DNA from: Dehalococcoidia bacterium | Lineage (GTDB): Bacteria > Chloroflexota > Dehalococcoidia > Bin125 | Direction of reading: 5' to 3' | Length of the DNA: 64,000 nt | Assembly (NCBI GenBank): GCA_963663235.2 | Contig: CAXXNO010000001.1 | Coordinates: forward strand, 1 to 64,000 | In this document: positions 20,873 to 29,434 of the stretch, in pieces | Layout of the letters: every line of letters begins with the position of its first letter | Numbering within the stretch: position 1 is the stretch's first letter | Made by a program: the position numbers and the translations under genes | Notes under the pieces: model-generated | Databases searched by the model: none | Seen by the model: only the letters and a program-made list of their open reading frames with translations | Told to the model about the DNA's origin: nothing

Positions 20873-21760
20873 ATGCTGGAAGCACAGGTCGTGCTGATCA
20901 CGGGCGCCTCACGCGGCTTCGGCGCGGGCGCCGCGCGGGAGTTGGCCGATCGCGGCCACCAAGTCATCGCTACTATGCGGAATCCCGACCGCGACGGTCC
21001 CGACGTCGTCAAAGGCTATGAGAAGAACATCCAGGCCGTCCGCTGCGACGTCACCGACGACGCGACCGTCAAGTCGGCCGTCGCGACCGCCATCGAGCGG
21101 CACGGCCGCATCGACGTGCTGGTCAACAACGCGGGCGAGTCCCTCATCTGTGCCGTCGAAGAGACCACCGACGAGGAGATGCGCGACCACATGGACGTGA
21201 ACCTCGTCGGCCCCGTTCGCCTGATCCGCGCCGTGGTGCCCCACATGCGTGAGCGACGCAGCGGCAAGATTCTCAACATCTCCTCCATGGCCGGTCGCAT
21301 CGCCGGGCCGCTGGTGGGCGGTTACTGCGCCACGAAGTTCGCTTTGGAGGCGATTTCCGAGGCGCTGCGCTATGAGGTCGCGCCCTGGAACATCCAAGTG
21401 GTCCTCGTGCAGCCCGGCGTGGTCCGCACCGACCTCATCTTCGGGGGCTTGACCATTGGGTCAGCGCTCAAGGAAGGGCGCAGCGTGTATCAAGGCCCCG
21501 GGGACGCCATGATCGCCGGCCTGCGCGGAGGCGCTGACCGACGCCAGGGCCCCCGCACTATCGCCTCCACCATCGCCGATTTGGTCGAGATCGAAGATCC
21601 GCTCCCCCTCCGCATCCCCGTCAGCGACGACGCCATCCGCACCCTCAACCAGCGCGCGGCGATGACCGACGACGAATGGGAGGCATTCATCTCGTCTATG
21701 CGCGAGGAGGGCTATCCGGGCTCCTACTTCCGCGCGGTGGCCGAGGAAGCGTCGTCGTAG
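20873..21760 (+). CDS. SDR family oxidoreductase (paralog 2 of 5)
   Basis: TGASRGFG, VNNAG, NISS, YCATK. Confidence 0.92.
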   Translation: MLEAQVVLITGASRGFGAGAARELADRGHQVIATMRNPDRDGPDVVKGYEKNIQAVRCDVTDDATVKSAVATAIERHGRIDVLVNNAGESLICAVEETTDEEMRDHMDVNLVGPVRLIRAVVPHMRERRSGKILNISSMAGRIAGPLVGGYCATKFALEAISEALRYEVAPWNIQVVLVQPGVVRTDLIFGGLTIGSALKEGRSVYQGPGDAMIAGLRGGADRRQGPRTIASTIADLVEIEDPLPLRIPVSDDAIRTLNQRAAMTDDEWEAFISSMREEGYPGSYFRAVAEEASS

Positions 21761-21797
21761 GACCGCAACCCCCGAGGCCGCCGGAGGGGCGAGCGCC

Positions 21798-22688
21798 GTG
21801 TCGGTAGCGCCGCAGGTCGTGCTGATCACCGGCGCCTCGCGCGGCTTCGGTGCCGTGGCCACCCGCGAACTGGCCGACCGCGGTCACCAAATCGTCGCCA
21901 CGATGCGCAACCCCGACCGCGACGGCCCCGCCGTCTTCAAGGGCTACGAGAAGAACATCCAGGTAACCCAGTGCGACGTCACCGACGACGCCACCGTCCA
22001 GGCGGCCGTCGCGGCCGCCATCGAGCGGCACGGCCGCATCGACGTGCTGGTCAACAACGCGGGCCAGTCGCTCATCGGCGCGGTCGAAGAGCTGGCCGAT
22101 GACGAGTTCCGGGCGCTCTTGGACGTGAACCTCGTCGGCTGTCTGCGGCTGATCCGGGCGGTGGTCCCCCACATGCGGCGGCGGCGCAGCGGCAAGATCC
22201 TCAACATCTCCTCGCAGGCCGGGCGGATGGGCGGACCGATGGTCGGCGCGTACTGCGCCTCGAAGTTCGCCCTGGAGGGGATGTCGGAGGCGCTGCGCTA
22301 TGAGCTGGCGCCCTGGGACATCCAGGTGGTGCTGGTGCAGCCCGGCATCGTCCAGACCGACCACCTCTACTCCAGCATGATCCTGGCGGCGGCGCTGCGC
22401 GAGGGGCTCAGCGTCTACCAAGGCCCGGGCGAGGCCCTCATCGCCGGCCTGCGCAAGGACGGCGCGCGACGCCAGGGACCCCGCACCGTCGCCTCCACCA
22501 TCGCCGACTTGGTGGAGATCGAAGACCCACTCCCCCTGCGCCTGCCCGTGAGCGACGACGCCGTGCGCAACCTCAACCAGCGCGCGGCGATGACCGACGA
22601 CGAATGGGAAGCGAGGCTCTGGGCCATGCGCGACGAGGGCTACCCCGGCTCCTACTTTCGCGCCGTCGCGGAACAAGCGAGTCCCTAG
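21798..22688 (+). CDS. SDR family oxidoreductase (paralog 3 of 5)
   Basis: TGASRGFG, VNNAG, NISS, YCASK. Confidence 0.92.
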   Translation: MSVAPQVVLITGASRGFGAVATRELADRGHQIVATMRNPDRDGPAVFKGYEKNIQVTQCDVTDDATVQAAVAAAIERHGRIDVLVNNAGQSLIGAVEELADDEFRALLDVNLVGCLRLIRAVVPHMRRRRSGKILNISSQAGRMGGPMVGAYCASKFALEGMSEALRYELAPWDIQVVLVQPGIVQTDHLYSSMILAAALREGLSVYQGPGEALIAGLRKDGARRQGPRTVASTIADLVEIEDPLPLRLPVSDDAVRNLNQRAAMTDDEWEARLWAMRDEGYPGSYFRAVAEQASP

Positions 22689-22711
22689 CGCCGTTCGGGA
22701 AAGGCGGACCG

Positions 22712-23611
22712 ATGGCTATCGATCCACGGGTCACGATCATCACCGGCGCATCGCGCGGCTTCGGCGCGGCGATCGCGCGGGAGCTGGCGGAGCGCGGCCA
22801 TCAGGCCGTGGCGACCATGCGCAACCCGGATCGCGACGGCGCCGCCGTCGTGAAGGGGTACGAGGGCAACATCCAGGTCACCCGCTGCGACGTCACCGAC
22901 ACGTCTACCGTGGAATCGGCGGTGGCGTTCGCGCTGGAGCGCCACGGCCGTATCGACGCCGTGGTCAACAACGCCGGCTATGGGCTAATCGGCGCCATCG
23001 AGGAGCTCCAAGACGAGGAGCTGCACCGGCTCATGGACACCAACGTGACCGGCGTGATCCGCATGGTGCGAGCGGTGATGCCGGCCATGCGCCGGCAAGG
23101 CGGCGGCAAGATCCTCAACGTCTCCTCACTGGCCGGTCGCATCTCGGGCCCCGCCTTCGGCGGCTACTGCGGCTCCAAGCACGCGCTGGAAGGATTGTCG
23201 GAGGCGCTGCGCTACGAGGTCGCCCCCTTCGGCGTGGAGGTATCGCTGATCACCGTGGGCGCCTTCCGGACGTCGATCCAGTGGACCGGCAATGAACTCA
23301 CCCGGACCCTGCGCGAGGGGCGTAGCCTCTACCAGGAGCCCTGCGAAGCGTTCATCCAAGGCGAGAAAGATCGCGCCACCCTCCTGCCCGGTCCCCGATC
23401 CGTCGCGGCCGTCATCGCCGACGCCGTGGAGTTCGCCGACCCCCTGCCCCTGCGCATCCCGGTGGGATTCGATACCTCCCGCGTGGAGGCCGTGCGCGCC
23501 AAGATGACCGACGACGAGTTCGCCGCCATGATCTCCGGCATGCGCAACACGGGCTTCCCAGGCTCCTGGTTCGGCACCGTCGAGAGACAGCAGAAAGAGG
23601 GCGTCCTCTAG
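22712..23611 (+). CDS. SDR family oxidoreductase (paralog 4 of 5)
   Basis: TGASRGFG, VNNAG, NVSS, YCGSK. Confidence 0.92.
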   Translation: MAIDPRVTIITGASRGFGAAIARELAERGHQAVATMRNPDRDGAAVVKGYEGNIQVTRCDVTDTSTVESAVAFALERHGRIDAVVNNAGYGLIGAIEELQDEELHRLMDTNVTGVIRMVRAVMPAMRRQGGGKILNVSSLAGRISGPAFGGYCGSKHALEGLSEALRYEVAPFGVEVSLITVGAFRTSIQWTGNELTRTLREGRSLYQEPCEAFIQGEKDRATLLPGPRSVAAVIADAVEFADPLPLRIPVGFDTSRVEAVRAKMTDDEFAAMISGMRNTGFPGSWFGTVERQQKEGVL

Positions 23612-23653
23612 CGCGCAGACCGCCCGCGACGCCCCGCGGAAGGACGCCCCCCC

Positions 23654-24544
23654 ATGGTCAACGCACCGCAGGTCGTGTTTGTGACCGGCGCCTCCAGCGG
23701 CATCGGCGCCGCGGCGGCGCGCGAGCTGGCCGCACGCGGCCACCGGGTCATCGCCACGATGCGCAACCCCAAGCGCGACGGCCCCGCCGTGACTCGCGGC
23801 TACAAGAAGAACCTGGAGGCCGTCCGCTGCGACGTCACCGACCGCGCCACGGTCGATGAGGCGGTGGCGTTCACCTTGGAGCGCCACGGCCGCATCGACG
23901 CCCTGGTCAACAACGCCGGCTACCTGTTGCTCGGCACGATCGAGGACCTCAGCGACGACGAGATCCTTAGCCAGTTCGACACCAACGTCGTCGGTAGCAT
24001 GCGCACGGTCCAGGCCGTGCTGCCGGCCATGCGCGAGCAGGGCAGCGGCACGATCATCAACGTCTCCTCGGCCGCGGGCCGGATGACCGGCCCGGCCTTC
24101 GGGGGCTACAGCGCCACCAAGTACGCCATTGAGGCGGTCAGCGAGGCGCTGCGCTTCGAGGTCGCCCCGTGGGGAATCAAGGTGGTCATCGTGGAGCCCG
24201 GCACGCACCGCACCGAGGCCCAGTTCGACAACTTGCGGGTCGCGCAGGCCGTGCTCGAGGGCCGCAGCCTCTACCAAGGACCGGTCGAGGCCCTGATAGA
24301 GGGGCACCGCCGCTACGCCGCCGGCCGGCCGGGGCCGCGCAGCGTCGGCTCCATCATCGCCGACCTCGTGGAGACCGGGGATCCGCTCCCCGTCCGCGTC
24401 CCCGTGGGGGACGAGGCGGCGCAGATCTTCTCCATGCGCGCCGCCATGACCGACGAGGAGTTCGAGACCGCGCTGCGCAACCTCGGCAACGAGGGCTTCC
24501 CCGGCGCCTACTTCGCCGCCGAGCACGAACTCAACACGAACTAG
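23654..24544 (+). CDS. SDR family oxidoreductase (paralog 5 of 5)
   Basis: TGASSGIG, VNNAG, NVSS, YSATK. Confidence 0.92.
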   Translation: MVNAPQVVFVTGASSGIGAAAARELAARGHRVIATMRNPKRDGPAVTRGYKKNLEAVRCDVTDRATVDEAVAFTLERHGRIDALVNNAGYLLLGTIEDLSDDEILSQFDTNVVGSMRTVQAVLPAMREQGSGTIINVSSAAGRMTGPAFGGYSATKYAIEAVSEALRFEVAPWGIKVVIVEPGTHRTEAQFDNLRVAQAVLEGRSLYQGPVEALIEGHRRYAAGRPGPRSVGSIIADLVETGDPLPVRVPVGDEAAQIFSMRAAMTDEEFETALRNLGNEGFPGAYFAAEHELNTN

Positions 24545-24548
24545 CAGG

Positions 24549-25412
24549 TCATCCGCGCTCGCGCCCCTCCGGGGTCCATGTCACCATCGCGATGCGGTCC
24601 GCCGACAGGCGCAGCGCGCAGCCCCCGTCATCGCTGGGGGCCAGAAACCCCTCCAGCCGCTCCAGCATCCGCCGGTCCTTCGCCGACCCCTCCCGCAGCC
24701 ACAGCCAGCGGCGGCAGAACTTCACCGCGTCCTCCCGCGACGTTGGGCTCCACTCCCGCCGCCCCACCACCTGCACCTCAGGCACCCGGCCTCGCGCCAA
24801 CAGCAAGGTGACGAACTCCCGCAGCGCCGGCAGTTGCGCCCGCGGCTCGCCGTGCACCAGCTCCCACAACTCCCCCACCGCGCTGCCCGGCGGCCGATCA
24901 AACAACACCGCCACGCACAGCCGCCGCGCCGAGGCCTCCAGCGCCTCCAGGAACGGCCCGATCTCGGCCACGTCGTAGCCCACGTGCGTGACCACCGCGA
25001 CGTCCCCGGTGAGCGGTTGCGCTAGGGGCCAGCGCTCCGCGATTACCTCCACGTTCCGGATCCCATGCTGCGACTGCGTCTCCGCCAGGACCGCCCGCAT
25101 CCCCTCGCTCGGCTCCACGGCGATCACCTGCGAAACCGCCCGCGCCAGCCCCAGCGCGTAGCGCCCCCCGCCCGCGCCCACGTCGATCCACGTCTCCTCC
25201 GGCGCGGCCAGCGACAGCAGCGCATTGAGCGTGGGGTCGTCGCGGCGCGAGGGGTCAGCGGCGAACGTCGACGCGACGGGCGCGTAGAAGTCGTTGGCCT
25301 CCTCTGTCTCGCGCAGGCGCTCCGTCTGCTCGGCGTTGGCGCGCACCAGCGCGCCCCACTCCGCCACACACGTGTGATACTCAGGGCGGAGGACGGAGGG
25401 GCCGATCGGCAT
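24549..25412 (-). CDS. Class I SAM-dependent methyltransferase
   Basis: Motif I WIDVGAGGGRYA, post-I VIAVEPSEGM; start MPIGPS. Confidence 0.85.
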   Translation of the reverse strand: MPIGPSVLRPEYHTCVAEWGALVRANAEQTERLRETEEANDFYAPVASTFAADPSRRDDPTLNALLSLAAPEETWIDVGAGGGRYALGLARAVSQVIAVEPSEGMRAVLAETQSQHGIRNVEVIAERWPLAQPLTGDVAVVTHVGYDVAEIGPFLEALEASARRLCVAVLFDRPPGSAVGELWELVHGEPRAQLPALREFVTLLLARGRVPEVQVVGRREWSPTSREDAVKFCRRWLWLREGSAKDRRMLERLEGFLAPSDDGGCALRLSADRIAMVTWTPEGRERG

Positions 25413-25514
25413 CGTGTCGCCTGTCGTGGGATGTCCCGCCCTGGAAGCATAACCCCGGCGGCGCGGCGAGGGTGAGCGGTTACGCTGGGCTTCGCTACAA
25501 TCGATCGGACACCT

Positions 25515-26408
25515 ATGCATCCCCACCTCAAACTCGACGAGCAACCGACGCTCAAGAACCCGGTGCTGGTGCTGGCCTGGGGCGGCTGGAGCGACGCCGG
25601 CAACGCGGCCACCCATGCCGCCCGCGCCGTCATCTCCGCGCTCAAGGCGACCCGCTTCGGCTCGATCGATCCGGAGGAGTACTACGACTTCACCGTGGCC
25701 CGCCCCTTCGCCCGCTACCGGGATGGGGAGCGCGAGATCGTCTGGCCCAGCACGGACTTCTTCCACTGCGCCGACGCCGGCCTCGAGCGCGATCTCGTGA
25801 TCGGGGTGGGCTCGGAGCCCAACAACCGCTGGCGCAGTTACATGGCGGCGATGCTGGACTTCGCGCGGACCGTCGACGTGGATCTGGTCGTCACCCTGGC
25901 GGCGGTCGCCGCGCCCGTGCCGCACACTCAGCCGGTGCGGGTCTGGGGCTCCGCCAACGACCCGGCGTTGGCCGACCGCTACGACATGCACCCGCCCGCC
26001 TACGAGGGGCCCACCGGCATGGTGGGCGCCTTCCACGACCACTGCCGCAAGCACGGCCTGGCCGCCATCAGCCTCTGGGCGGGCGTGCCCCACTACCTGG
26101 AGCGCATGAGCAACCCCGCCGCCGCGCTGGCGATCCTGGAGCGCTTGCAGGGCGTCATCGAGACCCCCTTGCCGCTCGCGCCCGTCCGCGCCGAGATCGC
26201 CCGCTTCGAGGCCGAGGTCCGCAAGGTCCTGGAGCAGAGCGAGGACCTCACCGCCTACGTGCGCCGTCTAGAGGAAGCCGTCGAGGATTCCGAGCCGACC
26301 CAAGAGCCCCCTTCGCAGGAGCTTCCCTCAGCGGAAGGGCTCATCGCCGACCTTGAGCAGTTCCTGCGCGGGCGGCGCCCGGACCAGCCAGGAGGATCGA
26401 ATGGTTGA
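25515..26408 (+). CDS. PAC2 (proteasome assembly chaperone) family protein
   Basis: AWGGWSDAGNAA, IDPEEYYDF...RP, EPNNRW, VPHT.P, YEGPTG, WAGVPHY. Confidence 0.88.
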   Translation: MHPHLKLDEQPTLKNPVLVLAWGGWSDAGNAATHAARAVISALKATRFGSIDPEEYYDFTVARPFARYRDGEREIVWPSTDFFHCADAGLERDLVIGVGSEPNNRWRSYMAAMLDFARTVDVDLVVTLAAVAAPVPHTQPVRVWGSANDPALADRYDMHPPAYEGPTGMVGAFHDHCRKHGLAAISLWAGVPHYLERMSNPAAALAILERLQGVIETPLPLAPVRAEIARFEAEVRKVLEQSEDLTAYVRRLEEAVEDSEPTQEPPSQELPSAEGLIADLEQFLRGRRPDQPGGSNG

Positions 26409-26853
26409 CACCCCATCCGACGCCGACCGCGAGGAGGCGTCCGAGAAAAGCCTCACCAAGATGTGGAAATTCGTCCGCACCTACGCCGAGAAGAGCGGCT
26501 CCTTCCTCCATCCGCAGCCCGAGATCACGGAGTTTCTGGTCATCGGCCTGGCCAAGCACGTCGATGAGTTGGGCCGCCCGCTGTGCCCGTGCAACTTCTA
26601 CGAGGACAAAAAGGAAGAGGTGAAGTCCGCCACCTGGATCTGCCCCTGCGACGAGATGCAGCGCTGGAAGTACTGCCACTGAATGCTCTTCTGCGATTCG
26701 GAAGGTCTTCCGATCACCGAGTACCTGCCAGAAGACCACGAGGGCCGCGAGGTGTACGGCCTCGTCAAGGATCCCGCGCCGGACAAAGGTCGCGCGATGG
26801 GCCGCCTGGAAGAGAAGCGCGGCCACGAGATCGTCAAGCGCAAAGGGCCCTAG
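26401..26853 (+). CDS. Ferredoxin:thioredoxin reductase catalytic subunit, selenocysteine-containing (CPC/CPC/CHU)
   Basis: GRPLCPC...WICPC...KYCH followed by TGA (26680-26682) exactly at the conserved CHC Cys. Frame continues MLFCDSEGLPITEYLPEDHEGREVYGLVKDPAPDKGR... to TAG 26851-26853 with GC3-rich codons; SECIS-like hairpin follows. Confidence 0.88.
26695..26715 (+). promoter_or_regulatory. Bacterial SECIS element
   Basis: GAT(T)CGGA-AGGTCT-TCCGATC hairpin; the apical loop AGGUCU starts 20 nt after UGA and matches the E. coli fdhF SECIS loop. Confidence 0.8.
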
Positions 26854-26900
26854 GCGCGGCGCACCGCAACGCCTCTCCGCGGCGCCCGTGGAGTCTCCTG

Positions 26901-27785
26901 CTAGCCAAGAGTCCAATCGTACGGCCGGTAGCGCACCCCGAGGTCGCCGCTGAGCAGCAGGGCGCGCTCGCCGGCCTCGTCCAGGTAGCGCGCCGCGAAC
27001 GCCACGCCGCCCTGCCGCCCGCCGAAATCGACGCGGTACCAGTGAAACACTTTCGGCAGCTCCACCCGTCGCTCCGCTACCTGCACGCAGACGCCTTCGG
27101 CGCCGTTGAGGAACCCGCGCGTCGCGAGGTCCAGGTGCTGGTCGATCGCATCCGCCCGGTAGGCGCGCACCGGGGGACAGGACGCCGCGCCACAGTTGAG
27201 GGCGAAGTGCAGCCGGGGGTCGACGGACGTCAGGCAGTGATCCCGTCGCGCATCGCGGCCGGAGAACTGCGGCCCGGGCAGCCAGGGGTGGCCCCGGTTC
27301 GCCCGTAGGATCCCGTGCTCGATGTCGTCCAGCGAGTACCGTCGCCCCCCGATCTCGTAGGCGGTGCGGCGGAAGAACCCGCCCCGCCCACCCCGCGCCT
27401 CCTTCACCGACTCGCGGAGGCCGTAGGCGATGGCCCCCTGGATCAGCAGCGCGTTGTACACGTTGATCCAGAACGCCAGCCGCTCCTCGCGACCGTGGAG
27501 CTGCTGGAGCGCCAGCCCGCGAAGGCCCGCCGCGCTCGTCTGCAGCCGTCGGTACCCCTCCGACTCCTCCACGCGCCGGTAGTCCGGCCGGCCACCTTCC
27601 GCGTCCAGCGCCTCGGCCTTGAGCGCCAGCGCCCCGCCTCGGAGCTCCTCGGCCAGAGCCCCGGCGTCGCGGGCCGCCCCAGCCGGCGGCGTGGCCGCGT
27701 CGCCGTTGAGCGTCTCCCTGGAAACGCGGAGCGCGGCGTCCACCAGGCGGTCACGCAGCGCCCAGACGAGAAACGAGCCGTGCAT
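26901..27785 (-). CDS. DUF547 domain-containing protein
   Basis: ERLAFWINVYNAL, YSLDDIEHGILR, DPRLHFALNCGAASCP, LPKVFHWYRVDF, YDWTL. Confidence 0.9.
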   Translation of the reverse strand: MHGSFLVWALRDRLVDAALRVSRETLNGDAATPPAGAARDAGALAEELRGGALALKAEALDAEGGRPDYRRVEESEGYRRLQTSAAGLRGLALQQLHGREERLAFWINVYNALLIQGAIAYGLRESVKEARGGRGGFFRRTAYEIGGRRYSLDDIEHGILRANRGHPWLPGPQFSGRDARRDHCLTSVDPRLHFALNCGAASCPPVRAYRADAIDQHLDLATRGFLNGAEGVCVQVAERRVELPKVFHWYRVDFGGRQGGVAFAARYLDEAGERALLLSGDLGVRYRPYDWTLG

Positions 27786-27891
27786 GCCCCCTGCCTCCTG
27801 TGTCTGGCTCGCGGGTTGCTCCTGCGCCCCCGCCGCGGCTACGCTGTACCGTGCTCGGCGTCGGGATGCCGTTCGCCGGATTGAGGATACG

Positions 27892-28197
27892 ATGGCGAAG
27901 AAAAGCCAGATCGCCCGCAACAATAAGCGACGCGCCCTCCACGAAAAGTACAAGGAGCGTCGCGCCGAACTGAAGGCGAAGCTGCGCCAGTCCTGGGACA
28001 ACCCCATGGTCCGCAGCGAGATCCAGGCGGAGCTGCAAAGCATGCCCCGCAATAGCAGCCCCACCCGCCTGCACAACCGCTGCGCGGTCACCGGACGCTC
28101 GCGCGGTTACATGCGCAAGTTCGGCCTCTCCCGCATCACCTTCCGCGAAATGGCCTCTGAGGGCTTCCTCCCCGGCATCCGCAAAGCCTCCTGGTAA
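27892..28197 (+). CDS. rpsN: 30S ribosomal protein S14, long Zn-independent form
   Basis: MAKKS...PRNSSPTRLHNRCAVTGRSRGYMRKFGLSRITFREMA..G.LPGIRKASW; 101 aa, single Cys. Confidence 0.96.
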   Translation: MAKKSQIARNNKRRALHEKYKERRAELKAKLRQSWDNPMVRSEIQAELQSMPRNSSPTRLHNRCAVTGRSRGYMRKFGLSRITFREMASEGFLPGIRKASW

Positions 28198-28273
28198 CTC
28201 GGGACCCCACGCACACGCCCCCGTCCACGCCGCGCCGTCGCCGGTTTCCGGGCCTCTTGTTATGTAGCCATCG

Positions 28274-28297
28274 CCGTATTAGGCTGCCCTAACAAAT
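28274..28297 (+). promoter_or_regulatory. DtxR/IdeR-like iron box
   Basis: TTAGGCTGCCCTAA (28279-28292) resembles the TTAGGTTAGSCTAACCTAA consensus; AT-rich patch upstream of a Fe3+ ABC operon. Confidence 0.6.
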
Positions 28298-28408
28298 AGT
28301 ACTAAGCAGCATTGATCTGCGGGCCGCGGCTCGATACCTTCTTCCCCGCGGAAGCGCGACCGCTCCCGCCGATCCGGCGGCAGCCGGCGTACATCGGAGG
28401 CTGCGAAC

Positions 28409-29431
28409 GTGCATGCTCCGGCCAGACGGTGGCTCGCTTTCGTCGCGGCGATCGCGGCGGCGGCGCTCGTCCTCGCCGCTTGCGGCGGCGGCGACGGCTC
28501 CTCGGGATCCGTGACCGTTTACTCCGGCCGCAGCGAGGACCTGATCGGCGCGCTGCTGGAGCAGTTCGAAGAGGACACCGGCATCGACGTGCGGGTCCGC
28601 TACGGCGAGACCGCCGAGCTCACCGCCGCCATCCTGGAAGAGGGCGACCGCAGTCCCGCCGACGTCTTTCTCGCCCAAGACGCCGGCGCCTTGGGCTCTC
28701 TCCAGGAGGCGGGCCTGTTCGCCTCGCTCCCCGATCGCATCCTGGACCGTGTCGACGCCGGCTTCCGCGCCGCCGACGGCGCCTGGGTCGGGGTCTCCGG
28801 CCGCGCCCGGACGCTCGTCTACTCCACGGAGCGCCTGAGTACGGCCGATCTGCCCTCGTCGGTGTTCGATCTGACCGAGCCGGGATGGCGTGGCCGCGTC
28901 GGCTGGGCGCCCACCAACGGCTCCTTCCAGGCGTTCGTCACCGCCATGCGCCAGGTCCACGGCGACGAGGTCACCGCCGACTGGCTGCGCGCGATGCTGG
29001 ACAACGATGTCCGCGAGTACCCCAAGAACACGCCCATCGTCCAGGCCGTCGCCGACGGGGAGATCGACCTCGGCCTCGTCAATCATTACTACGTCTGGCG
29101 CTTCATCGCCGAAGATTCCGACTTCCCCGCGGCCAACCTCCACACCGACGCCGGGGGGGGCGGGGCGCTGATCAACGTGGCCGGCGCGGCTCTGCTGGCC
29201 TCCACGGACGACGAGGAGACGGCACTCCGCTTCATCGAGTACCTCTTGGAAACCGAGGCCCAGCGCTACTTCGCCCAGGAGACCAACGAGTACCCCTTGG
29301 TCGACGGCATTGACCCCAACCCCGGCATCCCCAGCCTGGCTTCGCTGGACCCGCCCTCCCTCGCGCTCACCTCGCTCGCCGACTTGGAGGGCACGCTCGA
29401 CCTGCTGCGGGAGGTGGGCGCGCTGCCGTAG
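28409..29431 (+). CDS. Iron(III) ABC transporter substrate-binding lipoprotein (FutA/FbpA-like)
   Basis: Lipobox LAAC, VYSGR, EEGDRSPADVF, WAPTNGSFQAF, GLVNHYY. Confidence 0.92.
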   Translation: MHAPARRWLAFVAAIAAAALVLAACGGGDGSSGSVTVYSGRSEDLIGALLEQFEEDTGIDVRVRYGETAELTAAILEEGDRSPADVFLAQDAGALGSLQEAGLFASLPDRILDRVDAGFRAADGAWVGVSGRARTLVYSTERLSTADLPSSVFDLTEPGWRGRVGWAPTNGSFQAFVTAMRQVHGDEVTADWLRAMLDNDVREYPKNTPIVQAVADGEIDLGLVNHYYVWRFIAEDSDFPAANLHTDAGGGGALINVAGAALLASTDDEETALRFIEYLLETEAQRYFAQETNEYPLVDGIDPNPGIPSLASLDPPSLALTSLADLEGTLDLLREVGALP

Positions 29432-29434
29432 GCC

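Noticed and set aside
27790-27891. Zur box upstream of the C-minus rpsN
   Set aside because: The region is GC-rich with no AT-rich palindrome.
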